Source: a virus (Duplodnaviria; Caudoviricetes). From it: a DNA stretch of 64,000 nt. Position numbers and translations under genes: made by a program. The notes beneath the pieces are model-generated. The model ran no database searches and was not told where the DNA came from. It was given only the letters and a program-made list of their open reading frames with translations. Below are positions 29,301-38,252 of the stretch, one piece after another; the first letter of the stretch is position 1, and each line of letters starts with the position of its first letter. The stretch is from positions 29,840 through 93,839 of IMG/VR virus record IMGVR_UViG_2595698521_000001; one strand, given 5' to 3'.

Positions 29301-31540
29301 TCTTTAAATCCTTTCCAAAAACGTTCTACTTTTCCGCTTACGTCTGCTAAAGTAGTAGCTACTCCTTCAAGACCTAAAGCTTTAATAACGTCTTTTTGTT
29401 GGGAAGTAAAGTTTACGGATTCTTTTCCGAAGTCTCGGATAGTATTCCATGCAATCATGCCGACTGTTTGGATTTTAGCGAATCCTTTTTCTACTCCGTC
29501 TAAACTTTGAACGTACTTGTTCACTTCTTCCGTTCCCATAGGTTTCTTGAATAGGTCACTTGCTTTCGTCCAAGCTCCTACCATTCTTCCCACGGTAGCG
29601 TCCATAAGATCACCGAATCCTAGCCAGTTATTTTTATATGCAAGGAATCCGACTGTTAATCCAGTCATTAACGGATTTATTCTCGCAATCTGTAATAACA
29701 ATGCAGGAATCATACGAATCATAGAATAGAGTAATGGAATTGTAGAAAGTAAGGTTTGCGGGAATCTAGCAAATGCTACAACCATGCCTTGGAAGTTACG
29801 TTGTGCCATTAATGCTTGTGCAGAAAGTACTCCCAATCCTCCGTGTGACATTGCTCTTAATCCTAAACTTGCTCCCTCAATTACTCCTTTGAATCTAAGA
29901 AGTACTCCCGTTAATAAGAAAATTGGACCGAGTGATGCCGCAACTCCTAAAGCGATTGCCGTGAATCCGGAAGCGAATGCAGTTAATTTAGGGTGACTAG
30001 CTAAGAATCCATCTACCGCTTGTGCCGCACCTTTAATTGAATCTGCTATAGACTTAATAACTCCGTCTATACTTCCCCATGCGGTTAATCCAATACTTCC
30101 GATACTCGTGAACATTTCCCCGATACTATCCATAGAACCACGGTTTAGTGCTTCGTCTACTCTGTCCATTGCATCAGCGTATTTATTTGCTCCGTCCGTC
30201 AATTCTTTGTATTGTTGCGGATTTCCGAGTACTTCATCCAATGCTCCTTGCGCACCTTTAAAGTTACTCTTCTTCTTACCGCCATCTCGAATTTCGGAGT
30301 TTGCCGCATAGTACATATCCCATGCTTTTGCATCCGTTACACCTAATTGCTCACGAATGTCTCGAACGTCACTCATTGCTTTCTGTATATCCGTTTGGAA
30401 TACTTCTTTAAATTGCAACGCTCTTTCCGCATTAAATTTCACGTTTTCCATCGACTTATTGGAGTTCATATTATAGGCGTGTCCAAAGGCATTACCTATT
30501 TCTTGATAGTTTCCTCCCTTATCAGCCCAATGCTCTTGAATAGCTCGGTCAAAACCGGGTGCTTGTGAGTTTGGAGCTAAAGTCATGGCTTGGAATTTAT
30601 TCTGCGCTTCTTGCATTTTATTCATCAATGTCCCTAATGCAGTAACAGCTATTGCAATAGGTGCAGTTGCGAATTGTGTTAATGCCATCCCCGACATTTG
30701 GAGAGTCATAGCAAATTGCGCTACTTTCATCTTAGTCTCCATGTAGGTATTCCCTAATCCAACCATCATCTTTCCGGTTTTATCAATGGAGTTATAAGCC
30801 ATTTGCGTTGCTCTTTGTACATCTGCAAACATAGCTCCCGTAAACATATTCCGCATTTCTGCGCCTAATGTTTGTGGCATACGCATCATTTGCTCACGTC
30901 CATTGAAATTAAATAACTGCATTCCGTTGGTACGTGCTATTACTTGTGCAGAATTCACACTTCGTAACTGATTCTCGTATGCTTGCAATGCTCTTTGAGC
31001 TACCGCAATTTCTCTTGTAAATTGTGCGCTATTTGGTGCATTGTTCATTCCCTTGATTGCTTGCTTAGTATGTTTGATTCTGTCTTCTAAATCACGCATT
31101 TGTACGTTTAGGGCATTGTACGCTCTTCCGTCTGCCATATCTCGTTGCATTTGCGTCATTCCGAATCCCATATTTCCTAAGACTCGTTGGACACGTGTAA
31201 TTTCGTTATACATTCGACTTAAATTACCTGTCGCTTGCATAGAATTCATTGCACTACCAAACTGTGCCGCAGAATATGTAGCTCGTACTAATCTATCGGA
31301 AACATGGTTAAGCGCATTTCCCATATCACCCATAGCAACTCGCATATCTTGGAACTGTCTTCGGTATTCCCCATAACGTCCAAAGCTGTTATGTAGTCCT
31401 CCGCTCATTGCGTTGTATTGCTCTGTTGTTGCTCTTGCTTCTGCCCGCAATCTTTCTAAATCCCGAATAATCGGGTCAACGTTTCGGGTTACGTTTTCGA
31501 CTAAATCTAGTCGTACTCCTAATCCCAAGCTATTAAACAA
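26330..31540 (-). CDS. Tape measure protein
   Basis: 1736 aa with helical and TM segments, W-periodic repeats and two GG....GE(A/D)G.E.IIP motifs. Confidence 0.92.
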   Translation of the reverse strand: MFNSLGLGVRLDLVENVTRNVDPIIRDLERLRAEARATTEQYNAMSGGLHNSFGRYGEYRRQFQDMRVAMGDMGNALNHVSDRLVRATYSAAQFGSAMNSMQATGNLSRMYNEITRVQRVLGNMGFGMTQMQRDMADGRAYNALNVQMRDLEDRIKHTKQAIKGMNNAPNSAQFTREIAVAQRALQAYENQLRSVNSAQVIARTNGMQLFNFNGREQMMRMPQTLGAEMRNMFTGAMFADVQRATQMAYNSIDKTGKMMVGLGNTYMETKMKVAQFAMTLQMSGMALTQFATAPIAIAVTALGTLMNKMQEAQNKFQAMTLAPNSQAPGFDRAIQEHWADKGGNYQEIGNAFGHAYNMNSNKSMENVKFNAERALQFKEVFQTDIQKAMSDVRDIREQLGVTDAKAWDMYYAANSEIRDGGKKKSNFKGAQGALDEVLGNPQQYKELTDGANKYADAMDRVDEALNRGSMDSIGEMFTSIGSIGLTAWGSIDGVIKSIADSIKGAAQAVDGFLASHPKLTAFASGFTAIALGVAASLGPIFLLTGVLLRFKGVIEGASLGLRAMSHGGLGVLSAQALMAQRNFQGMVVAFARFPQTLLSTIPLLYSMIRMIPALLLQIARINPLMTGLTVGFLAYKNNWLGFGDLMDATVGRMVGAWTKASDLFKKPMGTEEVNKYVQSLDGVEKGFAKIQTVGMIAWNTIRDFGKESVNFTSQQKDVIKALGLEGVATTLADVSGKVERFWKGFKDGFGDALKIGKEFVVEVWDKMYNQLQNIDKVLTSIFNGFSKLFGGSGDAKNFGEAIGKMTGMKDGWYDVGKAIGYAVAMLAGFKILKTLFSPLNKVAGKFRSIGGAISGATQAVRGAGAMRGALGTTGAGVIGANGRPGAGGTGGAGVVGAHSVLLNDRNGNRVPMASGHTPTATPTQTSAMHGPARPTMVPLPMMPPMGRVERQRQRDQRSLSRAQQRSGGLLGRLMGRGVGTRVNNEEADRIRGRARTEQGRRDLERGVSAGGRTQSGQAMYQRRQGRISRALFGQAYDTYDNNGRRRNVLRQGGLLNPRSNDTRVQNNASPFRRATVTARRATRQATSALGRNIVQPAGSMISAPFRQVGAGVRQVGRNTAQGLGMGVNAVRGSRAGQAVGRGASAVTRPITQTVRFVAGRLNTAGVIRQAQTGGQQAGNRFTNAFKRGMNRITAGQAFRGFEAQAQGAGQRSGNRFTNAFKAGMNRMSGGMIFRSYENQAQQSGRRAGNRFTNAFKSGMNRISGGALFRPVETQAGQAGTRAGRNLGRNMQRQARANARWNTLFTGIENTAGRVGGRAGRSLGRAVTTTARAGISATRIFGGVVTGAASAGTRAGGGMVRGIGGVVTKGIPKVFMLGFRAIPILGWALMAWDIIVTIFTNWDAIVNAAKTAWNWIKNHGKETAIQLYESIKEKLGQAWDWVKEHGWDTFKEVVKFAGECLLTLVETAGEIAMDIGQALWEGITTKVGEAVDWAKGKLADLASNIPIVGGALSSALGGGSKKARGGIVNAPTFGVIGEAGPEAIIPLSGNMRGYASNLLHDTASMLGFGLVPNGGQHNEKQKDIFRKSTEMSDPQVDSMFGLMAGLKMYAEGGVIDKPHMGVVGEDGEEVIIPTTKKARGAELLEVARQKLGVNFNQTRPQQAGGRQQASSTPVNEDNSINISNFTVQLPESMAGTSMADVKRQAKYILKELQRLLREERRRNGKSKLTFTQMIDQY

Positions 31541-31558
31541 AACGATTCACCTCTCTTT

Positions 31559-31735
31559 TTATTCTTCTCCCCCACCGTTCGCTTCGTTTTGTAGCTTGAT
31601 ATGCTCGTTAATCATTTCCACGTATCTTTTCCTCTTACTACGAGAAAGAGCAAGGATACAATCCTCGCTCCAATGGTAATTAAATGCTATTATATGAGTT
31701 TCAACCGTGAGCGTATCAAGCTTCGTTACTCCCCC
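31559..31735 (-). CDS. DUF6760-like C-terminal extension of the tail chaperone (likely reached by -1 frameshift)
   Basis: E.HIIAFNYHWSEDCILAL.R.KRKRYVE; lies in the -1 frame at the GGGGG run. Confidence 0.65.
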   Translation of the reverse strand, partial: GGVTKLDTLTVETHIIAFNYHWSEDCILALSRSKRKRYVEMINEHIKLQNEANGGGEE

Positions 31736-32499
31736 AGTAATGTTGTTGGTGGAATTGGTTGTTTGTGTTCGTGTCCGCATGATGGACAAATTGCTTGCGG
31801 TGATAAATCCGGACCGATTTCTTGTTTCGCCATTTGTTGAGCGATAAACTTACGGTCACGTTTTGACATTCCTTTGAAAGTATCCGGTGAACAATGTCCA
31901 TATCCTTTAATACCTTCAGTAATGAAACTAAGCATAACTGACATTGCTGTACTTTCGTTAATAAAGTATTGTGGGAATACTTTCTCTTGTGCGTAACCGT
32001 TCGGTAATGAGATAGTCATTTCCTTGCAGTACGTTCCTTCATCGTTCTTTACCCCTCTAGGAAGCTCGAACGTCCACTCTTTTTTCTCATCATGAGCTAA
32101 ATAAGTGATTGGAATAGAATCGACATCAACATTCATATCCATTTTAGCTTCACACTTCGGACAAACACCTGTCCATTCGATATTGTCTCCCATTGTTACT
32201 TTGTAGTTCATTAACATTAAGAAGTCTCTGTCCGGTGCAGTTAATGATTTAATAACGCCACGGTCAATGTTCTTCTTCTCAACGCTCCCGATACGTTCCA
32301 CAACTCCGTGTAATGCTTCAGTAACTACTTTTGCATAGTTCTGACGTACATTTTTCTCCGCAATTGCTTCCTCAACGTAACCGTCCATCTCTGTTAACTT
32401 AGCTGTTTTATGGAATACTCCATTGATTGTCGTACCTACTGGTAATTCAAACTCATCTGCTTCTAATACTTCTTTAAGTGTTGGCTTATTACTTGGCAT
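31726..32499 (-). CDS. Tail assembly chaperone (T4 gp26-like, two CPxC motifs)
   Basis: FELP.G twice, CPKC and CPSC; lies between tube and tape measure. Confidence 0.78.
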   Translation of the reverse strand: MPSNKPTLKEVLEADEFELPVGTTINGVFHKTAKLTEMDGYVEEAIAEKNVRQNYAKVVTEALHGVVERIGSVEKKNIDRGVIKSLTAPDRDFLMLMNYKVTMGDNIEWTGVCPKCEAKMDMNVDVDSIPITYLAHDEKKEWTFELPRGVKNDEGTYCKEMTISLPNGYAQEKVFPQYFINESTAMSVMLSFITEGIKGYGHCSPDTFKGMSKRDRKFIAQQMAKQEIGPDLSPQAICPSCGHEHKQPIPPTTLLGE

Positions 32500-32565
32500 G
32501 TTAAATTCCTCCTTAATTATTCTACCATCATTATAATATCACGGGATTTCGGTGTCCACCAATAT

Positions 32566-33054
32566 TTACACTGGGAGGTAATCTACTCCACTAAAAGTAA
32601 CAACAATCGTGTTAATTGCTACCGCAGAACTTTGCGCATCAAGATCACCTTCTTGGAATGACGTAATCATAGCATTCAATAAACGTGTGTGACGTACCAC
32701 TGTGCGGTTATCTCTGTCTTTAAGGTAAATGTCTATTGTATACGTGTTATGCATCCCTGCGCCTAATCTCGTGAATTGTGACGCATATGCTGAAGGGAAT
32801 TCTAAACTATCTGTTACTCCGTGCGTCATTGTAATAGGTTCATAGTTTACATCGGACGGAATTTTATCCGGTACTCCGTTGTTTCCACCTTCTTTATACT
32901 CTACAAAGTTTATTGTAGATTTTACTCCCGTTACTTTTTGGAATCCCGTTCTATAAATCTGTTTCCCTCTTCCGGAAAAAACTACTTCAAAGTTAAATCC
33001 TCTAACTGGGTCATAATGTCCTGTATTCGCTCGGAATCTATTCATCATTTTCAC
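32566..33054 (-). CDS. Tail tube protein 2 (T4 gp19-like)
   Basis: DP.RGFNF.V, GFQKVTG, EYKEGG and DLDAQSS.VAI. Confidence 0.88.
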   Translation of the reverse strand: MKMMNRFRANTGHYDPVRGFNFEVVFSGRGKQIYRTGFQKVTGVKSTINFVEYKEGGNNGVPDKIPSDVNYEPITMTHGVTDSLEFPSAYASQFTRLGAGMHNTYTIDIYLKDRDNRTVVRHTRLLNAMITSFQEGDLDAQSSAVAINTIVVTFSGVDYLPV

Positions 33055-33055
33055 C

Positions 33056-33108
33056 TCGGTATATTTAATAATAATAAATAAAGTACATATATATATAATA
33101 TATACTGA
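33056..33108. repeat. AT-rich element, copy 2 (inverted)
   Basis: Contains TATATATAATATATACTGA. Confidence 0.8.
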
Positions 33109-33161
33109 AGAACCTTATTTACCATAGAAAAAAGAGAGGAATTTCTCCCTCTCCTTTAGTG

Positions 33162-33710
33162 TTATTTTTCAACTGTTCCTGCTACTCCACCAGTGTTAGA
33201 ACCTTTTAGTAACTTGATTCCTTCATGCTGTACTACCATCTTCTCAACTGCTACGTTGTTAGATTTAGCATCGAAGTCCCCAGTTTCATAGTCAGAAATC
33301 CAAGCTTCACGCATTTCCCATGCTTTAACACCTTGTCGTCCACGGTCTAAAAGCTCAATTTTCACTGTGCATTTATGTCCGTCATCATTTGGTGCTTTAG
33401 TAACTTGTTGATAAATCCAATCGAACATGTCGCCATCTTCTGACATCCCACGTTCGAATGTGATAGGGTCATTTTTCAATAGACCCGGTAATTTATGAGG
33501 TGATAACTGTCTGTCGCCACCTTCACGGTATTCGATTACGTCAGTTTTTAACTTTAATCCCGTAATCTTTTGGAATCCTGCTTTCGCAAAGATTTTCTTA
33601 CCCGTAATAGTAACTAAGAAGTTAAAGTTACGGTAAGGGTCGTGGCGGTCAGTTGAAGCAAAAGATTGACCGCTATCTGCGTGTACGTTCATGAATAGTT
33701 TTTTCAACAT
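33162..33710 (-). CDS. Major tail tube protein (T4 gp19-like)
   Basis: DPYRNFNF, AGFQKITGL, IEYREGG, KLPG and FDAKSN.VAVE. Confidence 0.92.
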   Translation of the reverse strand: MLKKLFMNVHADSGQSFASTDRHDPYRNFNFLVTITGKKIFAKAGFQKITGLKLKTDVIEYREGGDRQLSPHKLPGLLKNDPITFERGMSEDGDMFDWIYQQVTKAPNDDGHKCTVKIELLDRGRQGVKAWEMREAWISDYETGDFDAKSNNVAVEKMVVQHEGIKLLKGSNTGGVAGTVEK

Positions 33711-33729
33711 ATCCTATTTCCCTCCCCTA

Positions 33730-35175
33730 TTATTTACGTAAGCTTTGGCGGTAAACTAAGAATTCACTTGGTTTTTGAGTTGCAATACCCCAATCCGCAA
33801 AAGTACGTCCGTTTTGGATGTCTTCGATTGTAGTAGTTTCAGAGTTACAAATGAAGTAGAATGCTTCTGCTTCTGTTGTTCCTCGTAAACCACCTGCTTG
33901 CCATAATCCACGTAGGAATTCTTCGCCAGTAGCTTGAATCTTCTCGAATAATTTCTCATCATTCGGTTCAAAGATAGCCCAACGAGTACTTTGTGTAAGT
34001 GACTTACGCACGTACTGCATTGTTACTGTATCCGGAATGTATTTGTGGTCACTATTCACATCAGAGTTTCTAGCACCCCAAATTACAATTCCTTCTCCGC
34101 TAAATGCACGGATAACGTTAATTCCCGCAGGGTTTAGTAAGTCGTGTTCTGCATCATTTACAGAGTACTCAACTTCTAATGCTCCACGTAATTTAGCTTC
34201 TAATCCTGCCGGAGCTTTCCATACGCCACGTTCTGCAAGAGTTCTCGCAAATACACCTGCGATATGTCCACTTGGAGGAACGAATTTAGTTGGAGTTTTA
34301 CCTACTCCGATTGGGTCACTAATTTTCACCCACGGGTAGTAAACACCTGCTGTTTTTGCAGAAAGATTTGCTTCTTCACGTTTGAACGCTAAAGCAGTTT
34401 CCGGAGTACGTCCGAATGGAGTTTCAATGATAGCGTAAGCGTCATTACGATTAGCAACGTAATCTTGAAGACCTTTTACTACAGCAGTATCAGTAACACC
34501 CGGAATAGAAACAAAGTTTACATCAATGTTGTTCAATGAGTATAATCCTGTTCCTTTCGCTTCGTCACCGATGTAATCCGCAGTAGTAATTCCTACGTAT
34601 CCATCTTTACCTCCCGCAAGTTTGAATACTCCTTTTTCAACTACGCCCTCATCGTCTACTACAGTAGCTTTGACGAACTTAGAAGTAGAATTCAACTTGT
34701 CCTCGATAGTAAGTAAGCTTACTCCCGAAGTTTTTTCTTTTACAACACCGTTTTCTAACACAATAACATCGAATAACGCACGGTCAACGTTTGCGATTTC
34801 AACGCTTAATTTGTCCCCGTAAGAACCTTCAGATAAAGCGTCAAAGATTAAGAATGGTGCATCTTGCGCTCCTAAAGTTACAGAAGACTTAGTTGCGTCC
34901 GGCTTACCATTAGTAGTTTTAACTACACGTGTGATGTAAGCACGAGTACCACCATTTTCAAAGAATCCTCGTACAGAGTAAGCAAGGTAAGAATACTTTA
35001 CGTAGCTACCAAACTTCTCTACGAATTGAGTCCAACTAGTTACTAAAGTCGCTTTGCCAATAACTCCACGCTCTGTAACACCAACGAATGAAGCAGTTGT
35101 TGTAGCAACACCTTCTACTGGTGGAGCTGTTGGAACTTCCACATTATAAATACCAGGGTGCAATAATTCTGCCAT
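33730..35175 (-). CDS. Contractile tail sheath
   Basis: HPGIY.VE, GFFENGG, YYPW, VPPSGHIAG, GVWKAPAG, WGAR and FEPND. Confidence 0.95.
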   Translation of the reverse strand: MAELLHPGIYNVEVPTAPPVEGVATTTASFVGVTERGVIGKATLVTSWTQFVEKFGSYVKYSYLAYSVRGFFENGGTRAYITRVVKTTNGKPDATKSSVTLGAQDAPFLIFDALSEGSYGDKLSVEIANVDRALFDVIVLENGVVKEKTSGVSLLTIEDKLNSTSKFVKATVVDDEGVVEKGVFKLAGGKDGYVGITTADYIGDEAKGTGLYSLNNIDVNFVSIPGVTDTAVVKGLQDYVANRNDAYAIIETPFGRTPETALAFKREEANLSAKTAGVYYPWVKISDPIGVGKTPTKFVPPSGHIAGVFARTLAERGVWKAPAGLEAKLRGALEVEYSVNDAEHDLLNPAGINVIRAFSGEGIVIWGARNSDVNSDHKYIPDTVTMQYVRKSLTQSTRWAIFEPNDEKLFEKIQATGEEFLRGLWQAGGLRGTTEAEAFYFICNSETTTIEDIQNGRTFADWGIATQKPSEFLVYRQSLRK

Positions 35176-35190
35176 TTTTATTCCCTCCTA

Positions 35191-35367
35191 TTAGCTTAAT
35201 GATAATACTAGAATATAATCTAGTTCAATATAACGTTGCATTTCCGGAGCGTTATATTGGTCATTTGTGATTGTTTTCTTTTCTTTATCGAAAAGATAGA
35301 TTGCCGGCTCTTGTGGTACGTTAATCACAAGGGGCTGATTTAATCGGTTTTTGATAACAATAGCCAT
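35191..35367 (-). CDS. Small hypothetical protein (58 aa, not in the ORF track)
   Basis: MAIVIKNRLNQPLVIN..., RBS AAGGAGG, fills the gap before the sheath gene. Confidence 0.7.
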   Translation of the reverse strand: MAIVIKNRLNQPLVINVPQEPAIYLFDKEKKTITNDQYNAPEMQRYIELDYILVLSLS

Positions 35368-35982
35368 CTAAATTCCCTCCTTAAACTTACCTTCATTTAA
35401 AATAATATCATGAGTTATGGAATGTGTAACCCTATCATAGACATCTAATTGAAAATCTACTTTATAAATTAGTGAATCGTTGAATTCCCTTTTCCCTTCT
35501 TTTGTTTCCCCGAAGTCCTTATACTGCGCTCCCCATACTCTAGCACCTTGATATTCTACGGGATATAATTGTCCCTTTACTAACAATTCCGCTCTTCTTA
35601 GCGGTAATCGTCTACGAATGTGCTGAAGTATCTTCACACCGTCTTGTTGGAATTCATAGTACAGTCGGATATTGTACATTACGCTCCACGGTTCGGGAGC
35701 TTGTCTTCTATCGACTGCAATTAACTTACCTTCTGCGTCAAAAACATGATTGTCTTCAACATCATCAGTAAGTAGTCGGGAATAGTCGGGGAAAGGCGTA
35801 TCTCTGAAGAACACTATTTTAGGCAGTACCTTCTCTTCGACATCTAAATCGGGGTTAAAGTAGTGAACGGGTACTTCTTCCCCATTTATGATAAGACCTG
35901 TTAACTTTTGCATGAATGCTAAGTCTAGTTCTTCCTCGGTAAGTATAAACTCCTTTTTAACACCCGGAATTATTTCCGTCAT
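35368..35982 (-). CDS. Tail terminator/completion protein (Pvc16-like)
   Basis: Position upstream of the sheath gene; P.P..V.Y.I pattern. Confidence 0.55.
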   Translation of the reverse strand: MTEIIPGVKKEFILTEEELDLAFMQKLTGLIINGEEVPVHYFNPDLDVEEKVLPKIVFFRDTPFPDYSRLLTDDVEDNHVFDAEGKLIAVDRRQAPEPWSVMYNIRLYYEFQQDGVKILQHIRRRLPLRRAELLVKGQLYPVEYQGARVWGAQYKDFGETKEGKREFNDSLIYKVDFQLDVYDRVTHSITHDIILNEGKFKEGI

Positions 35983-36461
35983 TTAAGATCACCTTCAATT
36001 ATAGCAAGTAAACGTTGCGATACCTCTTCCATAATCTCGTGTTCCATCATAGCCCACGATTTGTGGAATGGCATACGTGCAGGTTGCTTACTTGTCCCGA
36101 ACTCGATAAAGTCTGCTAACTCCTGCATGGATAGACCTGTATCGGTAGTTCCTCCATCTACTCCGATGAATACCATAATTCCGTCCCCTCTATCTTCCTC
36201 ATAAACGAGTTTAATAGAATCAACGAATTTATGTGTTCTGATTAGAATACGAGAATCATATCCTTCAGAAACTTTGTCTGCTAAATATTCATCGTCTAAT
36301 GCGGGCATATCTATTTCTTGTCCTTCAATCATTTCACGGATTTTCTCCGCAATCTTTTGACCGACACTTCGGATTACGTCATCGTATTCCGGTTCATTGT
36401 CTTTTAGGTTGTGCAGGATTTGAGCGAATTTGTCCCAATCCCCATATAATTCACTCGTCAT
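35979..36461 (-). CDS. Neck/tail-completion protein (HK97 gp10-like)
   Basis: A.FIEFGTSKQPARMPF. Confidence 0.75.
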   Translation of the reverse strand: MTSELYGDWDKFAQILHNLKDNEPEYDDVIRSVGQKIAEKIREMIEGQEIDMPALDDEYLADKVSEGYDSRILIRTHKFVDSIKLVYEEDRGDGIMVFIGVDGGTTDTGLSMQELADFIEFGTSKQPARMPFHKSWAMMEHEIMEEVSQRLLAIIEGDLK

Positions 36462-36901
36462 TTTCCTGCACTTCCTTTTATATCGACAACTTTTATTTTC
36501 GTGAAGATTTTGTTATCCGAGAACTGTACTTTACCATTGTTAGCTATGATATTGTACTTCTTCGTTAATCCGTCCCTATCGGTGACGGTTATGATATCTT
36601 TATCATTCACGTAATGAATACCTGCATCCCGCAATTCCTTAGTTACAAGTGTAATTTCTGCTTCTTCCTTATCCTCTTTCCCCGTCATATCCCCGTCTTC
36701 CTTGATTGGAGACTGTTTGAAAGAACCATGAAATTGTACTTTGTTATCATAGTCATATTTCTTCTGTCTCACTTCTCGGTAAACTGGGTGTACGGAAGTG
36801 GGGTCACTTACGAATGGTACATAGAACATTGGTTGTCCAAAATATTCTACCCATGCATCATGAAAGGAATCGGAAATTTCATCTATTTCATCCTGTCTCA
36901 T
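36458..36901 (-). CDS. Head closure/stopper-like protein
   Basis: Position in the neck module; beta-rich sequence. Confidence 0.55.
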   Translation of the reverse strand: MRQDEIDEISDSFHDAWVEYFGQPMFYVPFVSDPTSVHPVYREVRQKKYDYDNKVQFHGSFKQSPIKEDGDMTGKEDKEEAEITLVTKELRDAGIHYVNDKDIITVTDRDGLTKKYNIIANNGKVQFSDNKIFTKIKVVDIKGSAGK

Positions 36902-36911
36902 GGAATCCCTC

Positions 36912-37712
36912 CTAACTTACTGGTAGAGTACGAATTTTAACTTCACTGTACCCGAATAGTCCGTTAGCATCTCTTGCAACAATACAGATATAGTACTCTT
37001 TGTCCGGCTCTAAATTCTCTACCCTATGTTTCGTGCGGTGGATATTCGTATTTGCTACTACAGACATTTTCTTGTTCTGAATTACCTGTGTAGCGTACTC
37101 GTCAACTATTGGCGTATCCTGCACGTATAAATCATATCGGGCAAAAATTCCGCTTTGAACGTTAAATTTAGTCCAATCAAGATTTACTGAAGAAGAAGTA
37201 ATACCGCTTGCTTTTAATTCGACACTAGGAGCTATTGCTCTATCATAGTTAGATTTTCTAAAGTAGTTATTCTTGGATACTTGCTCATAAGTATTAACTT
37301 CACCTAATGCTCCGAAAATACTTTCCTCGAATTGTTTTACAGAACTTCTATACTCTGATTCTAGTTGTTGGATTAATGCTAAGTAATGGTCGAATCTTAC
37401 GTTCTTCTTCAGTTCCGCACCTTCCGCAGAAAGTGGATAGAATGGAGCTGTACTTGTTGCTAGTCGCCAATAGATTTCCTTACGACTTAACATCAATACA
37501 AAGTCCATTTCATTTGCCGGAATTGTCTCGATTGTGTACTTAGAATTGTGAGCCGGAGCTTTTGAGCTAAGAATAGCCCATAAGTCCTCATCAGTAAATT
37601 TGTATGCGGGGTCGGTTTCAGTATCCGGAGATTTCAAAACAACACTTGCACGGAAATAATTTATTAACTGCTTCTGCTGTTCTGTAAATTCTCTTTGAAC
37701 TTCTTCAGCCAT
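36912..37712 (-). CDS. Head-tail adaptor with C-terminal FN3 domain
   Basis: FTDEDL helical N-terminus; ITSSSVNLDW...VENLEPDKEYYICIVA is the FN3 signature. Confidence 0.7.
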   Translation of the reverse strand: MAEEVQREFTEQQKQLINYFRASVVLKSPDTETDPAYKFTDEDLWAILSSKAPAHNSKYTIETIPANEMDFVLMLSRKEIYWRLATSTAPFYPLSAEGAELKKNVRFDHYLALIQQLESEYRSSVKQFEESIFGALGEVNTYEQVSKNNYFRKSNYDRAIAPSVELKASGITSSSVNLDWTKFNVQSGIFARYDLYVQDTPIVDEYATQVIQNKKMSVVANTNIHRTKHRVENLEPDKEYYICIVARDANGLFGYSEVKIRTLPVS

Positions 37713-37733
37713 ATTAATTCCCCCTTACGCTAA

Positions 37734-38033
37734 TTAGATAGCGTCAATATGTCCTGCATTTTTAAGAATTTCTTTAACGTTTGCAGGTACGTTTGTTTGT
37801 ACTCCCGCTTTTAGGTTGTACCATTGGTCACCAATATAGGTACGAATATCACGGTTTGGAAGAACTCGCACTTGCGGTTGTTCTTTTGGAGCTTGTTTTT
37901 CGACTTTAAGAACTTTAACCTCTTCTTTAGCAGGTTTCACTTCTTCTTTTTTAGTCTCAACAACTTCCTCCGCTTTAACTTCCTCTTTTACAACTTCTTC
38001 TTTTTCTTTCTTTGCAGATTTACGTAATGACAT
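37734..38033 (-). CDS. Hypothetical head-module protein
   Basis: E/K-rich N-terminus, RBS GGAGG. Confidence 0.6.
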   Translation of the reverse strand: MSLRKSAKKEKEEVVKEEVKAEEVVETKKEEVKPAKEEVKVLKVEKQAPKEQPQVRVLPNRDIRTYIGDQWYNLKAGVQTNVPANVKEILKNAGHIDAI

Positions 38034-38098
38034 AAGATTACCTCCTAAATGTTTTTAATCAACAAAAGGGGAAGACTGCGCTTCCCCTTCAATTGTTA

Positions 38099-38233
38099 CT
38101 ATGCAGGTGCATTGACCTTCTTCTCCAACTCCGTAATGCGCTTCTCCAAAGTATTAATATGGTCAGCTACTTTTTTCGGGTTGTTTTGGATGTAAAGAAT
38201 ATCTGTTACATCTAATGGCTTTTGAGTTGCCAT
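38099..38233 (-). CDS. Small coiled-coil protein (44 aa, not in the ORF track)
   Basis: MATQKPLDV...LEKRITELEKK, RBS GGAGGTG, directly after the capsid gene. Confidence 0.7.
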   Translation of the reverse strand: MATQKPLDVTDILYIQNNPKKVADHINTLEKRITELEKKVNAPA

Positions 38234-38252
38234 AATTGATCACCTCCGTTTA

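Noticed and set aside
21076-35982. Stand-alone eCIS or tailocin locus
   Set aside because: It is contiguous with capsid, portal, terminase and replication genes, so this is a complete phage.
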